NCBI RefSeq assembly: GCF_006345805.1
Contig: NC_042999.1
Location: forward strand, 168,950,001-169,014,000
Length of the DNA: 64,000 nucleotides
Direction: 5' to 3'
From: Octopus sinensis
Lineage: Eukaryota
In this document: positions 39,126 through 53,520 of the stretch, in pieces
How positions within the stretch are numbered: position 1 is the stretch's first letter
How the letters are laid out: the number at the start of each line of letters is the position of its first letter
Made by a program: the position numbers and the translations under genes
The notes under the pieces: generated by a model
Database searches by the model: none
Seen by the model: only the letters and a program-made list of their open reading frames with translations
Told to the model about the DNA's origin: nothing

Positions 39126-40195
39126 TGTAAAAAAAAAAACAGAAAAAACAAGAAATGCTGAGAATTGACTGAGAATTAGATGAATTCATTGAGGCTTATT
39201 TTCTACAGTCAGATGCCCTTCCTGTCACCAATCCTCACCTGTTTCCAAATGAGGAATTGTTTCCCTATGGCTAGACAGACATTTTTCACAGAAGTCTGAA
39301 AGCAAAGGACAGTGCTGCTCATCAATAACTATTACATGATGTCGAGTCAAGAAAGCTCAAATACAGTCATGCGCGTGCGTGTGCACACACATACATGGTG
39401 GCCTTTTTCCACTTTTCATCTTCCATATCCATTCACAAGTCTTTTTTCAGCTTGTGTCTAAAGTAGAAGACATTCGCTGAAGGTACCATGCAATGGAAAA
39501 TGAACTGCCCCACCACCCAACCTGAAAGTAATACAAAATTAAGCATAGCTTTTTTTATTGTTGCACAATTCAACTGTGGATCCGAGATTTGTGTTCAACA
39601 GTGGCTCATACACGTTGCAGTATTACTATATCAAGTAGTCCTTTTTTGAATGAAGGAAGTCTGCCTGTGCAGATTAAATGACCTCAGTCAATAAAAGTGT
39701 TACTCTCACTTTTACCTTCAGTAGAAATTTCGCATACGTGTGTGTAGAAGTGAGTGAACAAAAGAAAGTAGAACTGAATACACTTGGTTGGAGTTATATG
39801 TAATTAATAATAATTTGACTCAGCTCCACAAGACTTAAAGATGGGTGTTTAGGACATATCTGTCTCAACAGATGTTTGAAAGTAAAGTTTGCATTCATGA
39901 AAGTTCAAGTCATGAAACATATATATAGATTATAAATTTCCATGAGAAGATGTATCAAAATGTTTTACAACAAACAATTACATGTAACTTAGAAACCCAA
40001 TACTGAAATTATGTGATTAATGTAAAATGCTTTTCTACTTTCTAGTTAACCGTTTTAAAAAATCCATTGAGTAATATAACATTTAATATTTAAAAGGATT
40101 TTTTCAAATAACTGTTGTGTACACACACGCATATTAACAAAGAGAATGGAATTTATTTATACATATATAATATATATCCATCCTGTCACTTTTAG

Positions 40196-40366
40196 GTAGA
40201 TGGCGAAGTTTTAAGCCGAGAAACATGGATGTTGGAGCTGCCTCCAGAGATAGGCCCTGGTCTTGGCCTTGTTGCAAGAACATTTAGGCCATCAAAGAGT
40301 ATATGCCAGTCTAAGGACAGTTCTGTGTGGACTGATACTCCTACTGACCAAGCCAAGAAGCAAAAG
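40196..40366 (+). CDS. GPALPP1: GPALPP1 exon 3 (RETWMLELPP...RTF...SVWTDTP)
   Basis: Conserved WM.ELPP and WTDTP motifs; TTTTAG acceptor, GTATTT donor. Confidence 0.93.
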
Positions 40367-40470
40367 GTATTTCACTATTCTCATTATATTAAGCAAAATA
40401 CTTATAACACAGTTAATTCATTCAGCTTTGATTTTTATTTTCAGCCCTATTATATCACTGATCTTTGGAT

Positions 40471-40760
40471 TCATCATCATCATCATCATCATCATTTAGC
40501 ATCCGCTTTCCATGCTGGCATGGGTTGGACGGGTCAACTGGGGTCTGTGAAGCCGGAAGGCTTCATCAGGCCCAGTCAGATCTGGCAGTGTTTCTACGGC
40601 TGGATGCCCTTCCTAACGCCAATCACTCCGCGAGTGTAGTGGGTGTTTTTCACGTGCCACCTGCACAGGTGCCAGACAGAGCTGGCAAACGGCCACGAAC
40701 AGATGGTGCTTTTACGTGTCACCGGCACGGGGGCCAACCGAGGCTGGCAACGGACACGAT
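40471..40760 (-). mobile_element. SINE family D
   Basis: Reverse complement of 16450-16797. Confidence 0.8.
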
Positions 40761-41409
40761 TCAGTTGTGCAATATTTTTTACAATAAAATCTGATTATTT
40801 ATTTCCTTTAGCTCTAGTTAGGCTTTGTGCTAATTGAATCACCGTATTTACCTGTTTAGTTTTTACTCTTTTTGTTGACCTACCAATCTCATTAAATTGT
40901 ACAGCTCATATGGCTATCTGGTTGATGACAAATATCTCAAATTTGCCATGTTTCAACCACAGGAATGGTAAATATATCTGTCTTCTTTTTATAATGCATT
41001 TGACTTCTTGTATGTTCTTGCTTCCAAACTCAGGCTTATTGGGCATGGTATCATTTTCAAATCCATCTATTGTTGCAGGAGCCAGCCTGTGCTTGTAGAA
41101 TGCAGCTGCACTTGTTACAGAATTCAGTTGCTTTTGCTGTAGAAGCCAACTGCACTCATACAATCTAACTGGAGTTATAGAAACCAAATGTGGAAACAAC
41201 CTAATGGAGTCGTCCATACCAAATGTTATAGATCTCATCAATATCATTCGCAGTTTCTCCATACAAGACTCAAATTTCTGCAGCAAAAAAGATAATTCAA
41301 CTCCTCACAGAATTATGCCTGATTTTCCTTAAAATGTTTTGATATAGAAATTTCTCAAAAGATCTCTCTCTAGAAGCTTTACAATTACTTCAAACTACCT
41401 TACTACAAT

Positions 41410-42005
41410 TATTATTATTGTTGTTATTTAATTTTAATCTGCATGTGTTACAATCACTTGCCAACTCACACCCAGTGCCCTAGGGTGAGTGAAGAATAAG
41501 CAATGTTACAGTATGACTGAAAACTTGGGGAGGGGGAAGTGGTAGGAGCGTTAGCAAAATATCTTCATGTAATACAACACAGATATTTAAATTGATAGGG
41601 TTTTTTTAAGGATGTGGGCAGTACTTAGCACAATCTTTTGGATTTCTCTCAGTCATGGGATGTTGTCTAGATGTTTCTGACATCCCTTTTTTATCATACC
41701 CAGGACACCTATAATAACAGGAACAGTTCCTGCTTTAAGATGTCACATCTTTTGTATTTCAATTTCCTTTACAGATATATTTTTATCAATGACAACACTC
41801 ACATCTATTAGTCTGCAATTATTTTCTTCCTTGTCTTTAATAATTATGTCTGGCTGATTAGCTGGGATCACTCTGTTGGTGTTGACTAGAAAATCCCAGA
41901 GGATAATGACATTTTTGCATTCAATGACTGACTCAGGATCATGTTCATACCAGTAAGCAGGAATGCCTATTTTGTAGTTTTTACATGTTTTCCAATGTAA
42001 ATACT

Positions 42006-42007
<2 letters not shown>
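41410..42007 (-). mobile_element. R4/Dong-clade LINE 3' end (restriction-like endonuclease)
   Basis: LHWKTC..Y, WYEHDPESV, ILWDF, NQPDII, LIDVSV, PVIIGVLG, IQKIVL.TAHIL; both ends abut TAA-type repeats. Confidence 0.8.
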
Positions 42008-42041
<34 letters not shown>

Positions 42042-42227
42042 TATTATTATTATTATTATTATTGATGATAATAATAATAATTAATTAAACCAACAATATT
42101 TTGAAATGTATTTGGCCAGGCATGTATAAAACATTTGGTATATTCAAAACAAAGCCGGACAAAATGCTCTATAGTGTCTGGAATAGTACTTCATAGTTTT
42201 TATTGGTATTTTATGTATAATTTCCAG

Positions 42228-42329
42228 GAAGGTCAAGAAAAACATGGTGGGAAGAGAAGTTCCACAGAAACTGACCAGATCATAAGTGAAAGAGATCAAC
42301 GGTGCTCAATAATTGTGGATGAATACAAT
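42228..42329 (+). CDS. GPALPP1: GPALPP1 exon 4 (EGQEKH...ERDQRCSIIVDEYN)
   Basis: TTCCAG acceptor, GTAAAT donor, phase 0; RD...YN motif. Confidence 0.85.
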
Positions 42330-42428
42330 GTAAATGTGTTACTATTATTTTTTTCTTGAGATGTAATTGTTTTAGTGTGTATTATTGATCTTGTATGTTA
42401 AATTTGTTTCTGTTGCCTTTATTCAATA

Positions 42429-43598
42429 TCTATAAAGCTGAATTGCGAAAAAGTTGTTTGTCCCATTTTGGGATGGGAACGGTTTAAGAGGCGGTAGATG
42501 GGGTCGGAATGGCGCCAAAATTTACAGGGACATGTAAAAAGAGGCGAGGAAGTGACTGGACTAGGTTAGAAGCCCCTAGACTTTGACAAGTGTTTGTCAC
42601 TTCTCTCTTTCAGATATCACCGTCTTCCTTGATCTTTCTCTTTCCTTCCTTCCCTCTACTTTCTCTCTATAACGACGTTTGGCACCTTCCACTCTCATTC
42701 CCTCTCCGCCTTCACCGTCTTTCTGTCGCTCTTTCTCCCACCACCTTTCTCACTGTACGTCTGTCTGTATCTGTAGAGAGAAAGCGTTGATAGCTGCAAA
42801 AGTTTAAATATTCCCGCCACAGGTCTTTTAGAACGATGAATTATTTTTGCCCACCACCACCGCACAATCATAACAGATATTATTAATCAGATATATTGTT
42901 TTAATTTATGTATCTATGTGTGTATATAAATATATATATATAATGTGTGTATATAAATATATATATATAATGTGTATACATATATATATATGTATATATA
43001 TAATCATCAGTATCTATAAAGTTGAAATGCGAAAAAGTTGTTTGATTTCTTGGTTATTTGTCTCATTTTGGGATGGGAACGGTTTAAGGGGGCGGTAGAT
43101 GGGGTCGGATTGGCGCCAAAATTTACACTGGGGGGTAAAATGGGAAGGGCTAGAGGCAGTTATCTTTAATTGTGGATATAAAAATTTGGGCGATTTTGGA
43201 AAGGGGGGTAAAATTTTTCAACTTTTAAAACGAGTACATTTTTGCCCTATTTTTAGATTTAACTTTTTTCTGCTTGCATTATTTGGTTGACATGGGTAAA
43301 AATGGCGTTGTGTTAAAGGCCAAAATTTCAGCTTTCATTTGCATCATGAACCGTCAAAATATACCAGAAAAATGTATCAAATTTCACAAAATTTTAAGTA
43401 ATTGTGAATTATTTTGTGATTTTACGTGCACGCGTAAGAGAAAGCGAGGGAGAGTCCGAGAGAAAGGGAGAGTAAGAGAGTGGGAAAGTGAAAGAGAAAG
43501 GATAGAGAAACAAAGAGGGAGATAAGAAACAGAAAGGAAGCAACAGAAAGTAACAACCACACCCTCACCCACACGTAGAGCGGGTCACCTTAAGCTAG
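42429..43598 (+). mobile_element. Two related non-autonomous Helitrons in tandem (5' ends at 42429 and 43013)
   Basis: Shared TCTATAAAG.TGAA.TGCGAAAAAGTTG start; hairpin and CTAG|T at 43595-43599. Confidence 0.7.
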
Positions 43599-44377
43599 TC
43601 TTTAATATAATCTTTGCAAGCTGAAAAATATTTTTATAAACTATCAAAAGAACATCTGTGTGACTGATGTAAGTTGGTATAAATTCTTAGTAGTTGAGTT
43701 TGTGATGCAGATTTGGTTGATCCACTTCACTTATTAAGAATTTCCAGTCTGGTAAAAGTTAGAATCTGACAAGTGGACAAGCAGATTTGCCTTTGATGCA
43801 TAAACAGCAGCATCAAGACACACTTCACAAATTAAGAAATATGTATGACACACATAATGAAGCCCTCAAAGTTACAACAAATGCTAAGCCTCTCTCTTTT
43901 GAAGATTCATTGTGATGACCTCCATCCCAAAGATTAAGCTTCCTCTTCAGGGCAAGAAACTATTTTTGCCCTAATTGGTTGCTTAATCATTACAAAACTT
44001 AACTGTAACCCACATTAGAGTACTACTCTATCCTGTATTGCATTCACAAAAGACCAACTGGCTATTTAGCAAAGTCTTGTTCACAGATGTCACTGCTTGA
44101 TTCAATTTACCAGTGTATATTGTATAACTAACGCTGAGTAATGTTTAGATTGAAAAAAAAGTTGTAGCATGTTAACTTTGTACAAATACAGCTAAATAAC
44201 CTTTGATATATGTAGATTTAAAACAAAGTTTACAGTTAATGCTGTTCAAACTTCCATCAAAAATTGAATCCTCACCTAATATTGTAAGAAAAATATTTCT
44301 TTATTCAAAACTGTCATTAGTTAACTGTAATATTTGTAATATTTTTCTTTTTTTTTTTTTGTCCATTTCCACTCTAG

Positions 44378-44437
44378 AAAAACAGAAGATCTGAGTCTCT
44401 TCTCAACATGCATACAAAACAAAGGAAAATTGCCAAG
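44378..44437 (+). CDS. GPALPP1: GPALPP1 exon 5 (KNRRSESLLNMHTKQRKIAK)
   Basis: RSESL..H motif; polypyrimidine tract plus TAG acceptor; GTAAAG donor. Confidence 0.87.
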
Positions 44438-44614
44438 GTAAAGTACTCAAGTCTAATTTTGTCAATGTAGTGTAACTGTGAGGTTAGGTAATGAACTAGT
44501 AACAGCAGACTCAATAAATAACAGGTATACTAGTACAGGTTTAAGACTGATTTTTAAACGTAACAAAGACCACAAAGTCCTTGGAATGTATTTTGATTTA
44601 GTTTTATTTTATAA

Positions 44615-45610
44615 CCACTAAGATGCTTAAAATATCAGGTGGAGTGGGATATGACCTTGTCATCTGTGCAGTTTAAGTTGTTCAGGAAAACATCATGCCC
44701 AACAACTGGTGTAACAGCATTACAGTTAACTGTTGCAAGGTTAAAGGTGATTCCTTAGACAGAAGTTATTACAGGAGTATCAAATTACTGGACCAGGTCA
44801 TGGAAGTTACAGAAAGGTGTATAGCTCACTTAATTAGGAAGAGAGTTAGCCTAGATGATATACAGTTCAGTTTTGTACCAGCACTTCTGATGCTCTCTGT
44901 CTACCAAGACGTGCAACCAAAAGAATACCCTCCATCAGGCATTTGCCATATCCTGAACGCCTTACTTCCCTGGGCATGGACACATTGAAACTCCGACGTC
45001 TGGCAGCTGACTTGGCAGACACCCATAAAATTATCAACCATCGCACAAACAATAACACTGAGCACCTCTTCAAACTCCACCCATCTAACACCCGTGGACA
45101 TATTTACAAAGTAAGAAAACAGCACAGCTCCCATGACTTCAGGAAACATTTTTTCACGCTGAGAGTTGCTGAAGCGTGGAACAAACTGCCGGCATCGGTT
45201 GTTAGTTGTCGGAGCACTGCATCCTTCAAGACTTCCATGCTTCCTGAGATTCGCCAACACTACACTTGATTTCCTCCCCTCCATACACACACAAGCATGT
45301 TCACTTTCCAGACATTTCTACATTACTGCATGTACTTTATATGCACTTTCTGACAAGTTGTGGTGCACCTGAGCACTGTATACAATAATTTCATTATTAT
45401 TATTATTATTATTGCAGGATCCAAAAATAAACTGCTGTACTTGGCATTTATTCACCTGAAGAAAGACTTTGATAGGCTCCCTTGCTCCCTGATCTAAATA
45501 GATGCTGTAGAACTTAGAGATAGATTAAATGGCTTGTAAGAGCCATCCAAACTGTGTACAGGTCTGCTGTCAATAAAGTGAGAGTTAGCAATGAATACAA
45601 CAATAAGGAT
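44615..45610 (+). mobile_element. RTE RT fragment interrupted by a CR1-like 3' end (44895-45412, ATT tail)
   Basis: YRSIKLLDQVM; PYPERL...TRGH...FFTLRV..AWNKLP. Confidence 0.75.
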
Positions 45611-45623
45611 AATTCTTTCATCC

Positions 45624-45655
<32 letters not shown>

Positions 45656-46936
45656 AAGAGAAGTTGATAAGGGATATTAATCCAGGTGAAATATTTCTTC
45701 AGCTCTCTGTAGATAAAAATATACCAGACTAACAAAAAAATGTTGTGATTGCTATTGTACCTCAGGTAATCCAAAGTCAAAAGCCAAAGTTGAAGTCCAT
45801 CACCAGTCAAATTTGTAAATTCAGGGCTGCACGACCCAGTTAAAACAGAATGTTTTTACAAAGTGATATATAAAATAGACAGAAATAATGGGTTATATAC
45901 ATTTATTTATTTATTATAGGCTTACAGCTGTTTCAGGTATGCATTAGGGTGCTTTTATGGTTCAATTTTATCAATTGCTCGATTGATAAAACTGAACCAT
46001 GAATGCATCCAAATATATATATGAAACAGCTTCACAGATCCTTTTTTTGTGTCACCAGCACAGGGGCCTTTTTCATGTCACTGACACTGGCCACACCTAC
46101 GATTTCACTTGGCTTCCTAGGTCTACCAATTCCACAGGTCCCTTTCACAGGTAGAGATCGGCACTTCTTTACACAGCTGTCCTTGTCCCTATGCATCACA
46201 TGACCGTACCAGTGCAGTCTTCTCATCAGATGTCTCTTATGCCCAATTTTTCTCTCAAGATACTTACATTTTGTTGTATGATAAAAAATATATATTTATA
46301 TGGTTCAAATGTACAGAAAACAAATGACAAAGACTGGTGAGGGAACAACAGGCAGGTAACATTCAGAAAGAATGGGAAAGTCTTTGATGTTACGAGCCTA
46401 TGCTTTTTGAAAGAGATGAGAGGAAAAAATGGAGGGAGAAAAAATGAGTTGGGGTTAACAGTTTAACATGATGAAATGACTACACACACACACAAACAAA
46501 CAAGGTGGTATTAATTCAAAAGCAATGTCATTAAGGCTTGTTTTCATTTCATTCTATTGTTTTTTTTATTTTATCTAGTTTCAGCTCACGAGCTGTGGCC
46601 ATGCTGGGGCACTGCCATTTTTTTCACAACTAATTTAAGTATATTCTTCTCTTAGTTATTATCAAGCAGGTAGGCTGTGACAAATGTGCTACTGAAGTGG
46701 TTAGCTGTAGGAATAACATCTAACTTTAAAAATACTTGCTCTGCTGATAAGTAATTGTTTAAATTCATATCAAAGGGTAAAATGAAATTGGCCTGTATGG
46801 TGATGGTATTTTGATATTTTGAGTTCATAATTCCCAGTCTTTGAAATACAGTAGATTCAATACCTTGCTTTATTTTAGGCATAAATCTATATATATAAAT
46901 GAAGCCATTGACTGATTGATCTTTCTTTTTCTTCAG

Positions 46937-47089
46937 AGAGACAGTGACGAACCTGTTGAACGACAGCCTTTTAGCCGAGAGCATGATTTGGAAGCTGTTC
47001 ATCTGAACAGTACTCAACGGAAATCAATCATTGAAAAATCTCAGTCTCTGGGTTCAAGATTTGGAAGTGGGACATCTCGATTCCTTTGA
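46937..47089 (+). CDS. GPALPP1: GPALPP1 exon 6, terminal (ERQPFSREHDL...LGSRFGSGTSRFL*)
   Basis: PF.R..DL motif and C-terminal RF..G...FL* as in GPALPP1; TTCAG acceptor; TGA 47087-47089. Confidence 0.92.
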   Translation, partial: RDSDEPVERQPFSREHDLEAVHLNSTQRKSIIEKSQSLGSRFGSGTSRFL

Positions 47090-47524
47090 TTAATTAGTTA
47101 AAGGTTGAGATCACATACTCACACATTGGGAAGATGATAAATATTAAAGTGAAAGTTAAGTTACTGAGTTGTTAGACATCTATCTACAATGATGTAAGCC
47201 GTCACAGAACTAGAAAAAATATGTAGGTATACTTTATCCCAAAATACAAAATAGTTAAGTTTCTATAGTATAAGGAGAACATCTGGCTATTCACTACTTT
47301 TCTATCAGATTATTTTGTTTGTTATTTGGCATAAAATCTCAATAGATTTTTTTTAACATTTTTTTTAATATAAAATCTCAACTAGGGATCTATATTTGTG
47401 TATACAGTTGATACACAGATATGCTATTCTCAACCCTAACTTGTTCTTATTAAAATACCTTGATTCAGTTGGATCCTGCAAATAACTATTAATCATATAT
47501 ATATATGTATGTACATACACACAT

Positions 47525-47741
47525 ACTCTTTTACTCTACTCTTTTACTTGTTTCAGTCATTTGACTGCGGCCATGCTGGAGCACCGCCTTTTAGTCGAGC
47601 AACTCGACCCTGGGTCTTATTTTTTGTAAGCCCAGTACTCATTCTATCGGTCTCTTTTTGCTGAACCGCTAAGTGACGGGGACATAAACACACCAGCATC
47701 GGTTGTCAAGCAATGCTAGGGGGACAAACACAGACACACAA

Positions 47742-47786
<45 letters not shown>

Positions 47787-47937
47787 ACGGGCTTCTTTCA
47801 GTTTCCATCTACCAAATCCGCTCACAAGGCTTTGGTCGGCCCGAGGCTATAGTAGAAGACACTTGCCCAAGGTGCCACGCAGTGAGACTGAACCCGAAAC
47901 CATGTGGTTGGTTAGCAAGCTACTTACCACACAGCCA
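47525..47937 (-). mobile_element. SINE family A
   Basis: Similarity to other copies. Confidence 0.88.
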
Positions 47938-47938
47938 T

Positions 47939-48045
<107 letters not shown>

Positions 48046-48333
48046 ACCCAGTAGTACTCATAAAAATAGCTCCCTGATGTATCATTCTGCAAAACATAGA
48101 ATATATAGCATGATACAGAGAAAACAATAAGACTTTGTTTCACCTGAAGATGTAGCTTAAATTCTGCATTATTTTGAAGGATTTATTTTGCATTTATGCA
48201 AACATGTAAGTAATTTATTTATTATTAAATATAATAATATGAATTATAATATATATATACACCATATATTATGCAAATAGGTAATCAATTTATGCTATGC
48301 AAATAACATATGCAAGCATTATAAATATATGTA

Positions 48334-48867
48334 CAGGTGGACCAAAAGTCACATACCAAAACATTTGATATTTTATTTATATTACATTGTTATCATTATT
48401 ATCCATTTTGTTCATCATGTACAAGTACATGTGTATTCCTCATTATTTTATTTCTTTTATTCGATCAATCAATGGAAATTGTAGCTGTGATACCAGTGCC
48501 GGTGGCACATAAGAGAACCATCCGAACGTGGCCATTGCCAGCACCGCCCTGACTGCCCTCCATGCCGGTGGCACGTAAAAAGCACCATCCGATCATGGCC
48601 GTTTGCCAGCCTCGTCTGGCACGTAAAAAGCACCCACTACACTCACGGAGTGGTTGGTGTTAGGAAGGGCATCCAGCCATAGAAACATTGCCAGATCAGA
48701 CTGGGCCCGGTGCAGCCTTCTGGCTTCCCAGACCCCAGTTGAACCGTCCAACCCATGCTAGCATGGAAAGCGGACACTAAACGATGATGATGATGATGAT
48801 GAAGCATGTCTTTGACAATTCCAGAGCATATTGAACTTATTTTGTGCATGACTTTTGGTCCACCCTG
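48334..48867. mobile_element. Tc1/mariner MITE with nested SINE D (48475-48802)
   Basis: TA|CAGGTGGACCAAAAGTCA...TGACTTTTGGTCCACCCTG|TA. Confidence 0.8.
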
Positions 48868-51800
48868 TATAATAGTGAAAAGATTCTTGATTAACAATTA
48901 AGGAAGCTGAATTTACTTTCCATGCCACCTACCCTTCACTACCCTCTCAGCAAATTTTGACAATGTGTACCTGCATACTTGAACAGTAAAGCAATAACAG
49001 ATTTCACTTTGTAGTTCTAGCATAAGAATTAAGAAGCAAAAAAAAAGTGATTAAAAGAAACAAAACCAAAATTCCAGTTAAAATTGTTTAAATAATGGTC
49101 TTTGAAATTGCCAATGTATAACAGTATATTTGTTTTAATCACCTCATTTTGAAAATCTTGAAAGCAATTTGATAATAAATATTACTTTTTAAATATATTT
49201 TTTGTTGCTTTTGATAATACTCTTATAAACAAAGGTGGTAGCAATACTTTATATTCTATATCTTATTACAAGAATTCTAGCAGTTTCTCTAGAAATTAAC
49301 CCTATCTTATCTGAAAATGCAAAAGAAATATTGCTACATTTAAAAGTTTTGTTTCCCCATGCATGTTATGTCCATAATGTAAGTTGTTAATGTTTTCTTT
49401 CTTTTATCCTACCTAACATGTCAGAAATTTCAGTTTCTCAATAAAAACCATCTTCTAGAGTTAAAACATCCAATCTACTTGTGATCAGATTAATTTGATA
49501 CCCTAAGAGATTGTAGAAGAGTTGTGCTGGTGGCGGCAGCAGTGATGGCTGCAATATCGTTTAACACAGAATAATTACCCAAAAGAGGAAAACTTCTGAG
49601 GGCTGTTAATGGATACTCCACAAAATCATGGTTGCCCTCTACATGTTCATGATTATGCAACTGTAGACGATGTGGAGAAAGCGATCATTTACTCAGACCA
49701 TTACTGCCACATTCACCCACATTTCAGCAAAATCACTAGAGAGCAGCACTTCCCTCTCCACTATCACATTCTTTATCAAGTGAAGCTTAAAAAAGTTGAT
49801 GAGGGCTTTGCCAAAGAGGAAAGTATCTATCTTTATCCATTTCAATCTGGTCAACCACACAACCTCTTTCTCTATGGCTACCAGACAAAGAAACATTGCT
49901 CTTCCCAGATGGAGAAAAGAGGCAGGATGATCTTCACAAATCTATTGTACCGGGGACAACAGGTGTTTGGCATAAACCCAGAAGTCAGAAATGCTCAGCT
50001 ACTGGACAAGAGCATGCAGAACAGTTTTGTTGCTCTGCACACTTCTTGGGCAACCAGGCTAACAGCACTTCCATGCATGTATAGTTTAACCCAAACTGGT
50101 AACATTACCTGGTAGCACTGCCAGACCAAGAATTTCTGGAAATGTTCCATGGTCTCCAGCTTGAAAGTCTTCCAGAACAAACCAGCTAGTTGATTCTTGT
50201 GGATGCCCAGATTCTCCTTGAGAATGTCATTCCACTTGCCTGCTACTAAACCTGTATAGAATACCAATGTGGAACTTCCACTGACCACATTGTCTGACTG
50301 GCAGAGAACTGTAAGTGCCTAATGATTTTCTAGGTGCCAGGCACCCAGCCTCAACCTACAATTGATCCAGGACTGCAGCTCAATCAAAGAGACAAGCTGC
50401 AGAAAAGCAGGTCTGACAAATGGTGGCCACACCTGCTCACCATCAAAGAAGCACTGGAGATTTCATAGCTCCAGCACTTGTCTGCGCATCATCAGCCACG
50501 AAATGCCCAGTCCTCCATTCAGTGGGTGTTGACAACAAATGGAGCACCCAACCAGTGAAATTTGCCCCTTCCACAGAAAGTGGAGGAGTATGCACTCCCA
50601 TTTGCTCAGATGTTAACTGGATCAAAAGATGACAGTCAGGCAATAATATATAATGGAGGTGGTGTGTGCATTCATCACCTCTTCACTACCTTTTAGAGAC
50701 AGCTTTCTCTCAGCCCATTTTTGAGTGTGATTAGCCACCCTGCTTGTCACCTCATCCCAGTTCTCCATCTGGAGATCCAGACCAAGCCAGACTCCAAGAA
50801 GTTTAACTGCTCCCTCAGTCCAGCATCCCACATCATTGAACTGCATGGACCTGCCTCTCCAGGTACCGAACTCTGGCCCACTGACTTTTCTTGATTAATT
50901 TTTGCTCCTGTTACCTCCACATATTTTTTTAGAGCAGTGCCTGGTGTTGGGCACTATGACAGTAATGTCATCTGCGCATGCCAACATGGTTCTCCCATGT
51001 CGTTAGTTCATGCAGGATGCTTCTCAATGCCTTTAATTTCCACAGTAGTGGCTCTGGAATCAGTACATACAGAAGAGACAGGCACTGAAGCCCACCCATT
51101 GTTCTGGTCTGCTATTCATGCCAAACTATTGGATGGAGTGCTGCTGAAATGCCATGCAAATCACATTGCTCAGGCTCAAGTACAATGCCATCATTTTAAT
51201 TCACCAAAGACTTTATTGTGGCTTTGTTACTATGTTACACGTCTTCCACTTGAATACATCAAGCAGTTTTTGTTCCCTCATGTCTTAGAGCATATCCTTA
51301 GCTTTGACAATGCATCATTTGTGCTTAGTGTTGAAGAATTGGTCTAGGGGCAATCATGCCTTGAGCACATCAGTTGCAATGCCTTTTTTAAGTGCCTCTA
51401 AATTTCCTTCTATTTTATTTCTTTTTATTGCTAATGCCTTATTAAACCTAATCAATTCTATTCAAATTTCCATTTTCATGGCAAACTACTATTTTCTTGT
51501 TCATGATTGATCCAGTTAATACCCACTTAACTAATTCACTAATGTAGTCTCTATAAGTTTGGCTGGGAGTGACACATTCAGGTTCCACGAACTGGGTCTT
51601 TGCCAGTGAAGTAAACTTTGGTTGACTGTTCAGATCCCAAATTTGTGGTCTGTGATTTTAAGAAGTGGACAACATGCTATCCTTATCTGTTGACCTACAG
51701 AATACTCTATCTAGATAGATGACCAGATGCTGTTCTTCCACACTGGTACATTTAGGAAATCCAGTCATGACCCATCAGACAATTGAAAACAGCTGAGCAG

Positions 51801-52538
51801 ATTTGCAAGGCTTTTGCACCTCTCTCTTTTATCAGCTAGTCCCATACAATTTGAATGTGCATCCAAGCTGGAGTCACCCATTTGCATTAAAAGTCAAGAC
51901 GTTCCCATGAAAACCTTCAAACATCTGGAAAAATCTGGTGGTTCTGTCCCTCTGGAGCATAAACAGAGACCAGTCTGAAGGCACCTTCGTCACTACTGTT
52001 CACATCCAGGACCACTAACTTACCATCTGGGTCCAGGAAGATGGTCCTTGTCTTGATATGTACACCGCATTCCCAGTTGACATGTAAATCTCATATCCAC
52101 TGAAAATGGTCATGAAAGCTTGTCGGTCAGAAACTCTGGTCTCACTGATAACCACAACATCTATATGTAGTGACCTGAGGTCGTTGAGTAGGTGGCCCTG
52201 TATCCAGAGTGACCCCCAGGCCACGTGCATTTATACTGCCTATTCTTAGCACAGCCATGTTAGACAATGAAATAGAAGAAGAGGAAAGATATATGTAGAG
52301 TGATTTTGTAGGGTGATGGGGTTAAATGTTCCACCCCTCTGGCTACAGGTGGGTGTTTCTATGAACAGTTCTTTTGTTAATGTTTCTCCTGAAAGCTCCT
52401 ACTCCCTCAGAATATTTGTTTTTTTATGTTGTTATATGTGTTTTGTGTTGTTTGGATGATTTTTATGCATTAGTGTGATGAAATTGCTCTGGGTAATGTT
52501 TGTGTGGTTGTGTATACATTTCATTGTGTATATATTTT

Positions 52539-52772
52539 AAGGCGGCGAGCTGGCAGAAACGTTAGGACGCTGGGCGAAATGCTAAGCCGTATTTCGTCCA
52601 TCCTTACGTTCTGAGTTCAAATTCCGCCGAGGTCGACTTTGCCTTTCATTCTTTCGGGGTCGATAAATTAAGTACCAGTTACGCACTGGGGTCGATCTAA
52701 TTGACTTAATACCTATGTCTATCCTTGTTTGTCCCCTCTGTGTTTAGCCCCTTGTGGGTAATAAAGAAATAG
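52539..52772 (+). mobile_element. SINE family C, full length
   Basis: AAGGCGGCGAGCTGGCAG head; GAGTTCAAATTCC B-box. Confidence 0.85.
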
Positions 52773-52825
52773 GTTGTGTATATATTTCATTAATGCTTTG
52801 TCTGTCATGTTTATGGCTGTGTAGT

Positions 52826-53112
52826 TGGTGGTGGTGGTGGTGGTGGTGGTGTGGTGGTGGTGGTGGTGGTGGTGGTGGTGGTGGTGGTGGTGGTTATGGT
52901 GGTGGTGGTGGTGGTTGTGATGGTGGTTGTGGTGGTGGTGGTGGTAGTGGTAGTGGTTTTTGTGATGATGGTTGTGGTGGTGGTGGTGGTGGTGGTGGTG
53001 GTTATGGTGGTGGTGGTGGTGGTTGTGATGGTGGTTGTGGTGGTGGTGGTGGTAGTGGTTTTTGTGATGATGGTGGTGGTGGTTGTGGTGGTGGTAGTGG
53101 TGGTGATGATGT
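52826..53112. repeat. (GGT)n tract with a duplicated higher-order block
   Basis: Directly visible. Confidence 0.92.
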
Positions 53113-53520
53113 TGACGATATTGGGGTAGCTATTGGTGGGGGTAGAGTTGGAGCATTGTTGCTCAAAGGCATCTCCCCGTTTGTTCGTATCTGCTAGTTT
53201 TTTCAGTTGCTGATGTGTTTCCATTCGTTTCTCTTTTCTTGGCTTTGCTCACCATTTGACCCTTTCACCTCCTCCCAACTTCCTTCATCACAGGACATGT
53301 CTCAATGGTCAGAACAGGAGACGGGGGATGTCTTGAGGAAGGTTTTGCTGCTGTTTCATTGAAATAGTTTGGGAATGGTTCTGATGCTGTTTCACGTGCT
53401 AGCCTTTCATGTTGCTCTGTTTTCTGTTGTATTAGCTTCCACTGTTGTTGTTGTTATTGTTGTTGCTGTTTTTGAGATGTTACTTTCATTCCTGTCATTA
53501 GTGATGTTATGGTTAACTGA

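Noticed and set aside
45915-46035. Further hammerhead (GAAACAGCTGTAAG on the minus strand)
   Set aside because: No CUGANGA partner found; half motif only
52754-53224. Gly-rich or Thr-rich protein ORFs
   Set aside because: (GGT)n tract within a decayed L1/Tx1 element; no splice or homology support
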